From positions 9,307 through 73,306 of the forward strand of contig NZ_JAFMHJ010000010.1 of assembly GCF_017854565.1 (NCBI RefSeq): a DNA stretch of 64,000 nt, in the 5' to 3' direction. The translations under genes and the position numbers were made by a program. A model generated the notes under the pieces. The model saw only the letters and a list, made by a program, of their open reading frames with translations. It was not told the DNA's origin and did no database searches. Source of the DNA: Yoonia sp. (GTDB lineage Bacteria > Pseudomonadota > Alphaproteobacteria > Rhodobacterales > Rhodobacteraceae). This document shows positions 17,310 to 25,688 of the stretch, piece by piece; the first letter of the stretch is position 1; each line of letters opens with the position of its first letter.

Positions 17310-17903
17310 ATGGCAAGAGCAAAGTTTCTCGTCGATGCCGAACGCTGCATTGAATGCAACGCATGCGTCACGGCTTGTAAGAACGAACACGAGGTCCCTT
17401 GGGGCATCAACCGCCGCAAGGTGGTAACGATCAATGATGGTAAGCCGGGCGAGCGTTCAATCTCGGTCGCTTGCATGCATTGTTCCGATGCGCCCTGCAT
17501 GGCCGTGTGTCCGGTCGACTGTTTCTACCAGAACGAAGAAGGCGTCGTTCTGCATTCAAAAGACCTGTGCATCGGGTGCGGTTACTGTTTCTATGCCTGC
17601 CCATTCGGCGCGCCGCAGTATCCGCAGGCTGGTAACTTCGGTTCGCGCGGCAAGATGGACAAATGTACCTTCTGCGCAGGCGGCCCCGAAGAGAACAACA
17701 GTCAGGCCGAATTCCAAAAGTATGGCCGCAACCGGATCGCAGAAGGCAAGTTGCCAATCTGTGCCGAAATGTGCGCCACAAAGGCCCTGCTTGCCGGTGA
17801 CGGCGACGTGGTGTCGGGCATCTACCGTGAACGCGTTGTCGCACGCGGTTTCGGGTCCGGCGCATGGGGCTGGGGCACGGCCTACGACCAAAAAGGCGGC
17901 TGA
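17310..17903 (+). CDS. fdhB: formate dehydrogenase iron-sulfur subunit (4x 4Fe-4S ferredoxin-type)
   Basis: RBS AAGGAGA. Motifs CIECNACVTAC, CMHCSDAPCMAVCP, CIGCGYCFYACP, CTFC...CAEMC. Confidence 0.9.
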   Translation: MARAKFLVDAERCIECNACVTACKNEHEVPWGINRRKVVTINDGKPGERSISVACMHCSDAPCMAVCPVDCFYQNEEGVVLHSKDLCIGCGYCFYACPFGAPQYPQAGNFGSRGKMDKCTFCAGGPEENNSQAEFQKYGRNRIAEGKLPICAEMCATKALLAGDGDVVSGIYRERVVARGFGSGAWGWGTAYDQKGG

Positions 17904-18008
17904 ACCCGTCTTTGACCGTAAAAGGTGCGGGGGTGCTCCATCAGGATCATCCCCGTCGCTACGATTACATTCCTGGGGGTGACCCCCAACCGACCAAGGA
18001 GCCTGCAG

Positions 18009-19214
18009 ATGACGCGCGCCTTCTTCGCTATTGTTGTTACGTGTTTTTTGTCTGTTTTGGGTTCCGTATCCCTAGCTCAAGAGACATCGACGACTGACCG
18101 CTCTGCCACCGGTGGTGCGCAGACCCTCGAAGATATCATGGCACGCCAGCAAGGTTTGCCAATTGATGACAGTTTTCGCAGCGACGCGATTGGAAATCCT
18201 GAACAGGCTGCACCGCTGACTGACCAGCTTGGCAGTCTCGGGGGCTTGTCCGAACCGGAGGTGTGGCGCGCGATGCGCTACAACAAGGCCGATATTTCCG
18301 GGCAGGCGCGCGGTCCTGCCGCGAACGTCTTGATCCAAGACAGCGGCATGTGGTGGCTGTTATTCCGCGATGGGCCTCTGGCGACCTATGGATCATACCT
18401 GTTGGGCGGCACGATCGCGCTGCTTGCCCTGTTTTTCCTGATCCGTGGCCGGGTCCGCATCGACGGCGAAAAGACAGGCCGCACGATCACCCGCTTCAAG
18501 GCATTTGAACGCTTCGGCCATTGGCTGATGGCGGGCTCCTTCGTCGTCCTTGGGCTGACCGGGCTGATCACGCTGTTCGGGCGCAAGATCATGATCCCCT
18601 ACTTTGGCCATGACAGCTTTGCGACGATGGCGATTGCGTCCAAATGGATACACAACAACATCTCATGGGCCTTTATGATCGGACTGGTGATGGTGTTCTT
18701 CATGTGGGTCCTTGAAAATATCCCCAACCGTCTTGACCTGAAATGGATCGCGGTCGGTGGCGGGCTGTTCAAAAAGGGCGTCCACCCCCCCGCCAAGAAA
18801 TTCAACGCCGGTCAAAAGGTGATCTTCTGGTCGGTCATCGTGTTGGGAACCTCGATTTCCGTCTCCGGGCTTTCGCTGCTGTTCCCGTTTGAACTGCCCA
18901 TGTTCGCGAAAACATTTGTCCTGCTCAACAGCACTGGCCTGCCGGAAATGCTGGGCTTTGGCACCCTGCCAACCCAGTTGACACCGCACGCCGAAATGCA
19001 GTTCGCGCAGCTATGGCATGCGATCATTTCCTTTGTGCTGATGGCGATTATCCTCGCCCATATTTACATCGGTTCGATCGGCATGGAAGGCGCGTTCGAT
19101 GCGATGGGATCGGGCGAAGTCGAAGAACAATGGGCCCGCGAACACCACAGCCTCTGGGTCGATGAGGTCAAGGAAAAACAATCCGCCTCTGCCCAAACGA
19201 CCCCTGCTGAATAG
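18009..19214 (+). CDS. fdhC: formate dehydrogenase cytochrome b (gamma) subunit with a long N-terminal periplasmic extension
   Basis: ORF 17925..19214. ATG 18009 follows AAGGAG. Signal-like MTRAFFAIVVTCFLSVLGSVSLA, then multiple TM helices with conserved His residues (FERFGHWLMA, HAEMQFAQLWHAII, AHIYIG). Confidence 0.85.
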   Translation: MTRAFFAIVVTCFLSVLGSVSLAQETSTTDRSATGGAQTLEDIMARQQGLPIDDSFRSDAIGNPEQAAPLTDQLGSLGGLSEPEVWRAMRYNKADISGQARGPAANVLIQDSGMWWLLFRDGPLATYGSYLLGGTIALLALFFLIRGRVRIDGEKTGRTITRFKAFERFGHWLMAGSFVVLGLTGLITLFGRKIMIPYFGHDSFATMAIASKWIHNNISWAFMIGLVMVFFMWVLENIPNRLDLKWIAVGGGLFKKGVHPPAKKFNAGQKVIFWSVIVLGTSISVSGLSLLFPFELPMFAKTFVLLNSTGLPEMLGFGTLPTQLTPHAEMQFAQLWHAIISFVLMAIILAHIYIGSIGMEGAFDAMGSGEVEEQWAREHHSLWVDEVKEKQSASAQTTPAE

Positions 19215-19226
19215 GAGCGACAGATC

Positions 19227-19355
19227 ATGAAAACGATGTTCGCAGCGTTTGCCATTTCTGCATTGATCTCGGTCGGTGCCTACTATGGCTTGCACGCAGC
19301 AGGCTTTGGCGCGGCCGAGCATACGGTCAGCGTTTCAGTCCGACTTGACGATTGA
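19227..19355 (+). CDS. unlisted 42-aa single-TM mini-protein downstream of fdhC
   Basis: Below the ORF-track size cut-off. AGGAG at 19213-19217 lies 9 nt before ATG 19227. Sequence MKTMFAAFAISALISVGAYYGLHAAGFGAAEHTVSVSVRLDD, stop TGA 19353-19355. Confidence 0.45.
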   Translation: MKTMFAAFAISALISVGAYYGLHAAGFGAAEHTVSVSVRLDD

Positions 19356-19374
19356 TCGGCGCAGATAGACGACG

Positions 19375-19402
19375 CTGCCGCCCCGATTGATCCGGGCGGC
19401 AG
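19375..19402 (+). terminator. 9-bp GC hairpin at the end of the fdh operon, no T-tract
   Basis: CTGCCGCCC-cgattgatcc-GGGCGGCAG starts 20 nt after the mini-ORF stop. Confidence 0.4.
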
Positions 19403-19832
19403 ACACGGCCACGGGCGGCACGCCATGCCCGGCCCAGCTTGACCGTAATCGTCCCAAATCATGTCACATAGCGCGTTGCCCAGTCGTCCTCGCAACTGCC
19501 GTGTCGATTATGCAAATCCGGGTTACGCGATAAAAAGCAGACAAACCGTCCTCCGTCATCGCGCGGACTGGACCAAGGCGACAGCGTTTCTTGGCGACCG
19601 GGCCAATCGGTTGGTAATAGATGGCCCTGATGTGCTGCCAGAGCCGAACGCCTTTACCACCCCGTCCGGCTGATCCACGCCACCAGCGCGCATCCGGCGA
19701 AGGATGGTTTCAGACCAATTGGCATGTTGCAGGTTATCTATACGCATGGCCCGCTATGGACGTATCCGCGCAGGGGCGTCAAACACGTGCTGTGCAAACG
19801 GCCATGCGCGAACCCAAAAAAGGAGCCACACC

Positions 19833-21005
19833 ATGCACCACGACAGACCCATCCGCCTTGGCATGGTTGGCGGCGGCAACGACGCATTGATTGGCGGTGT
19901 CCACCGGATCGCGGCGCGGCTTGATGGCCGCTTCCAGCTGGTTGCGGGCGCGCTATCGGCAACCCCGCAAAAGGCGCAGGTATCGGGTGCCGCACTTGGC
20001 CTCGATCCCGCCCGCACCTATGACGACTTCAACACTATGGCCACCCGCGAGGCGCGTCTGAAAAACGGGATCGAGGCAGTGGCCATCGTTACCCCGAACC
20101 ACGTTCACTACGCCGCCGCGTGCGCATTTCTCAAACGCGGGATACACGTGATCTGCGACAAGCCGCTGACGGCCACGCTGGCGGATGCCGAAAAGCTGGT
20201 AAAACTGGCCAAGGACAGCGATGCGTTGTTTGTGCTGACGCATAATTACACCGGCTACCCGATGATGCGACAGGCCCGGCAAATGGTCACACAGGGCGAT
20301 TTGGGCCGTATCCGCGTGGTACAGGTGGAATATGCCCAAGACTGGCTGACGCAGGCCGACACCTCTCGGCAAGCCGCGTGGCGGACCGATCCGGCCCGCG
20401 CCGGGGTGGGGGGATCGACCGGCGACATCGGCACCCATGCGTTCAACCTTGCCAGTTTCGTGACCGGGTTGACGCTTGACAGCCTGTCGGCGGATTTGCA
20501 GTCCTTCGTCAGCGGGCGCACATTGGACGACAACGCCCATGTGATGCTGCGCTTTGACGGTGGCGCGCGGGGGATGCTGTGGTGCTCGCAAGTTGCCCCG
20601 GGCAATGAAAACGGCCTGCGGCTGCGCGTCTTTGGCGATAAGGGCGGTATGGAATGGACCCAGGAACATCCCAACCAGCTATGGTTTACCCCCTACGGCG
20701 CACCCAAGCAGCTTTTGACCCGTGGCGGCAGTGGCACGCTGGATGCAGCGGCCCGCGTCACCCGTATTCCCGCAGGCCACCCCGAGGGGTATCTGGAAGC
20801 CTTTGCCACCATCTATCGCGAGGCCGCAGACGCGATTACCGCGCACCGTGAAGGGCGCGATCCGCACGCCGATGTGATCTACCCGACCATCGACGATGGC
20901 CTGCGCGGGATGCAGTTCGTCGATGCCTGCGTGCGGTCGTCCCAGCGCAACGGTGCCTGGATCACCCTAGCGGGCCAGGGTCCGGGCAATATCTTCGGAC
21001 AGTGA
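19833..21005 (+). CDS. Gfo/Idh/MocA family NAD(P)-dependent oxidoreductase
   Basis: ORF 19704..21005. ATG 19833 follows AAGGAG. IRLGMVGGGNDALIGGVHR Rossmann N-terminus and CDKPL motif. Confidence 0.85.
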   Translation: MHHDRPIRLGMVGGGNDALIGGVHRIAARLDGRFQLVAGALSATPQKAQVSGAALGLDPARTYDDFNTMATREARLKNGIEAVAIVTPNHVHYAAACAFLKRGIHVICDKPLTATLADAEKLVKLAKDSDALFVLTHNYTGYPMMRQARQMVTQGDLGRIRVVQVEYAQDWLTQADTSRQAAWRTDPARAGVGGSTGDIGTHAFNLASFVTGLTLDSLSADLQSFVSGRTLDDNAHVMLRFDGGARGMLWCSQVAPGNENGLRLRVFGDKGGMEWTQEHPNQLWFTPYGAPKQLLTRGGSGTLDAAARVTRIPAGHPEGYLEAFATIYREAADAITAHREGRDPHADVIYPTIDDGLRGMQFVDACVRSSQRNGAWITLAGQGPGNIFGQ

Positions 21006-21524
21006 CAACAGTGCGGTGGCCTGTGCTGCGGCGATACTGCCAAGGCTTTGGTCGGGCATCGGTGTGGCGATCGCAAATGTATGCGCGCTGTTGCGGAAAT
21101 CAATGGCATCGCCACCCACATAGAACTGGCCTTCCAGACGGAACATGCCATCGGTCCCGGCCAGCATCCTCTCGACCCGGACATCAATCGCGACATCGGC
21201 CAGCCCGACAAATGGCCATGGGTCCGGCCCCACATCGGTATTCAGAATATCGGCCAGATTGCGTGTCAGCACCAATGTCACCGCGCGCTCCGGATCGTCG
21301 GCCCACAGCACATCGGGGCTGCTGGCGATCAGGCCGGTGGCCGTTTCAAATGCGACTTCCTCGGCTGCGGCATAGGTCGGCAACGATACGGTGCGGACCA
21401 TCGCGCTGCGCACCAAGGGGCGCAGCTCCAGCGTGGATTGCACCGGCGTCAGTGCCAGCCGTTCGAGCGGCGGTGAACAGGCGGCAAGACCCGTCAGTGC
21501 GACAAACGTTATTTTTTTCAGCAT
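20967..21524 (-). CDS. PqiC/YmbA-like ABC-type transport auxiliary lipoprotein (DUF330)
   Basis: Lipobox LTGLAAC. 185 aa. Lies immediately downstream of pqiB with a 2-nt gap. Confidence 0.65.
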   Translation of the reverse strand: MLKKITFVALTGLAACSPPLERLALTPVQSTLELRPLVRSAMVRTVSLPTYAAAEEVAFETATGLIASSPDVLWADDPERAVTLVLTRNLADILNTDVGPDPWPFVGLADVAIDVRVERMLAGTDGMFRLEGQFYVGGDAIDFRNSAHTFAIATPMPDQSLGSIAAAQATALLSLSEDIARTLAR

Positions 21525-21526
21525 TT

Positions 21527-23620
21527 CTATCGTCCTGTCAGCAATGAATTAGGGTTGCGCTGGATCGCGCGGGACAGTGCAGAGACTGCATCCGCAGCGG
21601 CCTGAATGTCGCGCATCGTCGCCAGTGTTTCCGCGCTAAAGCGCGACCGTTCGCTATAGCTTTCGATGACCGCTTCGGTTTGGGCCACCAGCCTGCCAGC
21701 CTGTGCGGACAGGGCGGGCAGGGTGCTGACCGCCTCTTCGATGGCTAGCGCCGCTTCATTGGCGGATGCAAGCGCCGCGTTCACGTTTTCAATCGCCCCA
21801 CCGGCACGGACTTCGGCCAGAAACACCCGCATTTCATCCAACGCGCCATTCAGCGAACCGGGCAGGGCGGCCGCACTGTCGCTGCCGATCAGGCTGTCAA
21901 TCGACGCAAGCGTCTGCGTGGCGGTGGTCACCAGCGCTTCGAACTCAAGGCTGTTGGCCTTCGCGGTCAGCGCCTCGATCTGGGCCGTGATCGCGGGCAG
22001 GTTCCGCGTGGCCGCTTCGACATTGGCAGCCGCAGCGGTCGCCACGGCAAGTGCCCCATCCAGATCGCCGACAAGATCGGCGTCGGCTGCGCTTGCGATC
22101 AGCGCGTCCAGATCATTGATCGTCTTGCGCAGATCGCGGGGCACCGCCTGAATGTCATCCGATGCGACCAGCGCGCGGGCCTCGTCCAGCAAAGCCACCA
22201 GCGACGCGGGGGCCGCAACCGTCGCATCATCATTTGCCAGCCGTTCAAGGCTGTCCATCAGGTCAATCGCGCCATCCATCAACTCTTCGACAGGCAGGGC
22301 ATTGATCCGGGCCAGCACACCCTCGGCGGTCGCCGCCACGTCTGAAATCTGCGATTGCGTCGTTGGAATAACCGGGTAGGCACCAGACGTGAACGTCATG
22401 ATTGCGGGCAGCGCGTCCTCGATCTGGACCAGTTCGACAACCAGCGACCCGGACAGAATATTGCCCGTGACCATACGCGCCCGCAGGCCGCGGATCACAA
22501 AATCAGACAGCAAGGCAATCGCGTCCTCCGGCGTTGCCTGCGCGCCCATTCCAAGCCGGTTCGGCTCAATCGACAAAACGGCCTGTAGCCGCACATCTGC
22601 CGTCTCGCCTTCACCGACGACAATCGCGCTCAATTCGCTGACTTCGCCGATGCGAATACCTTGGAACCGCACTTCGGACCCTTTGGACAGGCCGCTGACG
22701 GATTGTGCAAACAGCACCGCCACCTTCACGACTTCGGCGTTTGGATCGGCAAACAGGCTGTCGCGCGCGGTTTCCCGGTCGGGGAAAATATCAAAGATAT
22801 GGCCATCGCGGATCGGCTGGCCACCGGACACGACGGTATCAAACGCGATGCCGCCTTCGATCAGCGACGCCAGCGAATTCACGTCAAGCGATACACCACC
22901 TGCCCCGAACGACACGCTGAACCCCGATGTGTCCCAAAACCGCGTGCTTGTGGTGATCCGCCGGTCATAGGGGCTTTCGATAAAGGCGCTGACGACCACC
23001 TGATTGCCGTCAAACGACAGCTCGGGCTTTTCAAGATAGCCGACCTCAAGCCCCTTGTGCAGCACTGGTGCGCCCGCCGAAACTGCGCCGCCGTCATTGG
23101 CACGCAAAACAATATGGGTGCCGCGTTCGCCCGCGCGGGTCAAAACGGGTTGCTCAAGCCCGGTGAATTCATACTGCGCCACATCGGCTTCGGTGTCCCA
23201 GTTGCCTTCGATGTAGACCCCCGAAAGCACGGTATCCAAACCCGTGATCCCGCGCACGGAAACATCCGGGCGCACGACCCAGAATTGCGCATCGTCGTCC
23301 AGATAGGGCGCGACCGTCTTGTCGATCCGCGCGTGCACCAAAAGGTCTGACAGGCCCGGTGCAAATTCAACGCTCTCGACCGCGCCGATTGTCACGTCAC
23401 GATATTTGATCACGGTCTCGCTGGCGGTAATACCGGCCGCGTTTTCAAAGGTTATGGTGATCAGCGTGCCGCGATCAAGATAGTTCTGCCATGCGGCCCA
23501 CAGCGAAACCGACAGCGCAACGACCGGCACCAGCCAAACCAACGAAAGCCGCCGCCAAATCCGTTGTTTCACGGGCCGCACGTCAAGCGGTGCAGGTCGT
23601 GTTGGCGGGATATCACTCAT
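21527..23620 (-). CDS. pqiB: PqiB-family multi-MCE-domain protein with a long Ala-rich helical C-terminus
   Basis: 697 aa. N-terminal TM (LSLVWLVPVVALSVSLWAAW), repeated MlaD/MCE-like beta domains, and a C-terminal coiled region. Confidence 0.8.
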   Translation of the reverse strand: MSDIPPTRPAPLDVRPVKQRIWRRLSLVWLVPVVALSVSLWAAWQNYLDRGTLITITFENAAGITASETVIKYRDVTIGAVESVEFAPGLSDLLVHARIDKTVAPYLDDDAQFWVVRPDVSVRGITGLDTVLSGVYIEGNWDTEADVAQYEFTGLEQPVLTRAGERGTHIVLRANDGGAVSAGAPVLHKGLEVGYLEKPELSFDGNQVVVSAFIESPYDRRITTSTRFWDTSGFSVSFGAGGVSLDVNSLASLIEGGIAFDTVVSGGQPIRDGHIFDIFPDRETARDSLFADPNAEVVKVAVLFAQSVSGLSKGSEVRFQGIRIGEVSELSAIVVGEGETADVRLQAVLSIEPNRLGMGAQATPEDAIALLSDFVIRGLRARMVTGNILSGSLVVELVQIEDALPAIMTFTSGAYPVIPTTQSQISDVAATAEGVLARINALPVEELMDGAIDLMDSLERLANDDATVAAPASLVALLDEARALVASDDIQAVPRDLRKTINDLDALIASAADADLVGDLDGALAVATAAAANVEAATRNLPAITAQIEALTAKANSLEFEALVTTATQTLASIDSLIGSDSAAALPGSLNGALDEMRVFLAEVRAGGAIENVNAALASANEAALAIEEAVSTLPALSAQAGRLVAQTEAVIESYSERSRFSAETLATMRDIQAAADAVSALSRAIQRNPNSLLTGR

Positions 23621-24264
23621 GTTGTGGTCCTGTCTGCGTCCCAGATCAGCCGGGCGTCAAAGCTTTGCGCGGAAAGCATAGTGAAAATCACGGAAAGCGC
23701 AAAGCTGACAGCCGCAATTCCGGGGTTGATAGTCGCAATCGTGTTGAGTTGCACGAGCGCAGACAAGATGGCAACGACAAAGACGTCGATCATCGACCAA
23801 CGGCCTATGAACTCTACTATTTCATAGGCTTTGTGCCGCTGATGTCGGTTGGTGCCGGATTTCCGCTGCACGCTGATCGCCAGATAAATGATGGCCATGA
23901 ACTTGCCCATGGGAATCATGATCGAGGCCACGAAGACAATCACCGCAATGCCGATTGACCCATGGTGGATCAACTCGATCACGCCGCTGACAATCGTGCT
24001 TTCGCTGCGTTCGACCAGGGTCGAGGTCAGCAGCATCGGGTAGATGTTCGCGGGGATAAACGCGATCATCCCCGCAATCAGCCAGGCCCAGACCTTTTGC
24101 AGGCTGTCGGTGTCGCGGCTGATCAGCGCACCGTCGCAGCGCGTGCAAAGACGCACGTCTTGCCGATGTACCTGACCGCAACGCTGACAGGCCACCAGAC
24201 CTGCCTCGCGGGCGGTAATCAGGCCGCTGGTTGTTCCAGTGCTTCCCAAATCGAATACCTGCAT
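23617..24264 (-). CDS. pqiA: PqiA-family membrane protein, second half-size copy
   Basis: Only the part of ORF 23617..24750 from ATG 24264 (MQVFDLG...) looks real. It has CQRCG...CTRCD zinc-ribbon-like pairs followed by TM helices. Its stop overlaps the pqiB start. Confidence 0.7.
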   Translation of the reverse strand: MQVFDLGSTGTTSGLITAREAGLVACQRCGQVHRQDVRLCTRCDGALISRDTDSLQKVWAWLIAGMIAFIPANIYPMLLTSTLVERSESTIVSGVIELIHHGSIGIAVIVFVASIMIPMGKFMAIIYLAISVQRKSGTNRHQRHKAYEIVEFIGRWSMIDVFVVAILSALVQLNTIATINPGIAAVSFALSVIFTMLSAQSFDARLIWDADRTTT

Positions 24265-24863
24265 ATCAGTTGATCTTTGAGCACCGTAATGATCACAACA
24301 CCCGCAAAAGCCCAAAACGCGGGGCCGATGGTCACTGCCGCAAGGCCCGCAACCTTTACCAAGGCGACAGTCACACCGACGATGAAAATCTCTGCCATAC
24401 TCCATGGCCGCAGCTTTTCGGCGATGCCAAAGGCGACGCGGGCGCCAACGCGTGCCGGCTGTTCGCGCACCAACGGCCCCAGCGCGTAAATCAGCGCGCC
24501 CAGACGGATCAGCGGAATAACCACGATGAAAAACGCCACCGCGATCGCCAGCGGAAACGCCAGCCCTTTGTTGAACGCCAAAATGGCATCCATAACGGAT
24601 GTCGCATTGTGAAACCCGCCCGCGTCCAGCGACAGAAACGGAAAGCTGATCGCGGCAATCATCATTACAAACGCGGTCAGCGCAAGGCTGAGGATACGCG
24701 CCATCGCTTCGGGCTGTGATGTCATCAAGACCACGCCGCACTGCTGGCAATAGGCCCGCGTGTGATCGGGCAGTGCCGTCGCATTATGCAACGTGTCGCA
24801 TTGCGGGCAGGCGACCAAATCATCCAAAGGCGGTAATGTGACGGTCACGCAGGCTCCTGGCAA
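24219..24863 (-). CDS. pqiA: PqiA-family membrane protein, first half-size copy
   Basis: CPQCD...CQQCG pairs followed by 4 TM helices. 214 aa. Confidence 0.75.
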   Translation of the reverse strand: MPGACVTVTLPPLDDLVACPQCDTLHNATALPDHTRAYCQQCGVVLMTSQPEAMARILSLALTAFVMMIAAISFPFLSLDAGGFHNATSVMDAILAFNKGLAFPLAIAVAFFIVVIPLIRLGALIYALGPLVREQPARVGARVAFGIAEKLRPWSMAEIFIVGVTVALVKVAGLAAVTIGPAFWAFAGVVIITVLKDQLICRYSIWEALEQPAA

Positions 24864-24964
24864 TGTCTGGGCGGTTGCCCCGATTGTCGTTGCAACGTTA
24901 TCTTGTTGCAGGCAGATATGCTACGGTCGCTACCGTTACAACTCAACAAAGAGAGAGCGCGCTT

Positions 24965-25651
24965 ATGAGCGACACCCTGTTCCCGCCCCGTCCGACCCCG
25001 ATTGTACCCGTCAAAGGGCGGGGGGGCTTTCCGGTCGCCCGCATTTTCTGCGTCGGGCGCAACTATGCCGCCCACGCCGCCGAAATGGGCCACGAGGTGG
25101 ACCGCGAGGCGCCGTTCTATTTCACCAAATCCGCCCATGCCGTGCTGCTGTCAGGTGCACCCATGCCCTATCCGCCGCGCACCAACGACCTGCACCACGA
25201 AATGGAACTTGTCGTGGCCATCGGCGCACAGGCCCGCGACGTCCCGGTGGATCAGGCGATGGATGCTGTGCTGGGCTACGGGTGCGGCCTTGATATGACC
25301 CGCCGCGATCTGCAGGCCGCAGCCAAGGACAAACGCAGGCCATGGGATACCGGCAAGGATTTCGAAAACGCGGCCATCATCGGACGGCTCACACCCGCCG
25401 ATCAGGTCGGCGATCTGGCTGCGCTGCCGATCCGGCTCTGCGTGAATGGCGCCGTGCGGCAACAGGCGCTGCTGTCCGATATGATCTGGTCCGTCGCTGA
25501 AATCATCGCCGATCTGTCCACGCTTTATACATTGCAACCCGGCGACCTGATCATGACAGGCACCCCCGCCGGCGTTGGTGCGGTTGTGCGCGGCGACGTG
25601 CTGCACGGCACAATCGGCGATCTTGATCCGGTTGCGACAACCATCATCTGA
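24965..25651 (+). CDS. fumarylacetoacetate hydrolase (FAH) family protein
   Basis: ORF 24863..25651, ATG 24965. VARIFCVGRNYAAHAAEMG...HHEMELVVAIG...DMTRRD are FAH-family motifs. Confidence 0.85.
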   Translation: MSDTLFPPRPTPIVPVKGRGGFPVARIFCVGRNYAAHAAEMGHEVDREAPFYFTKSAHAVLLSGAPMPYPPRTNDLHHEMELVVAIGAQARDVPVDQAMDAVLGYGCGLDMTRRDLQAAAKDKRRPWDTGKDFENAAIIGRLTPADQVGDLAALPIRLCVNGAVRQQALLSDMIWSVAEIIADLSTLYTLQPGDLIMTGTPAGVGAVVRGDVLHGTIGDLDPVATTII

Positions 25652-25688
25652 CCCCATCAACCAATTCTTGAAGCAAGAGAGGATCACC

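Noticed and set aside
24265-24750. The N-terminal extension of ORF 23617..24750, which would make a 377-aa PqiA.
   Set aside because: The extension is an out-of-frame shadow of the first pqiA half-gene and reads as non-membrane Arg/Gly/Cys-rich sequence. PqiA-like sequence begins only at MQVFDLG.
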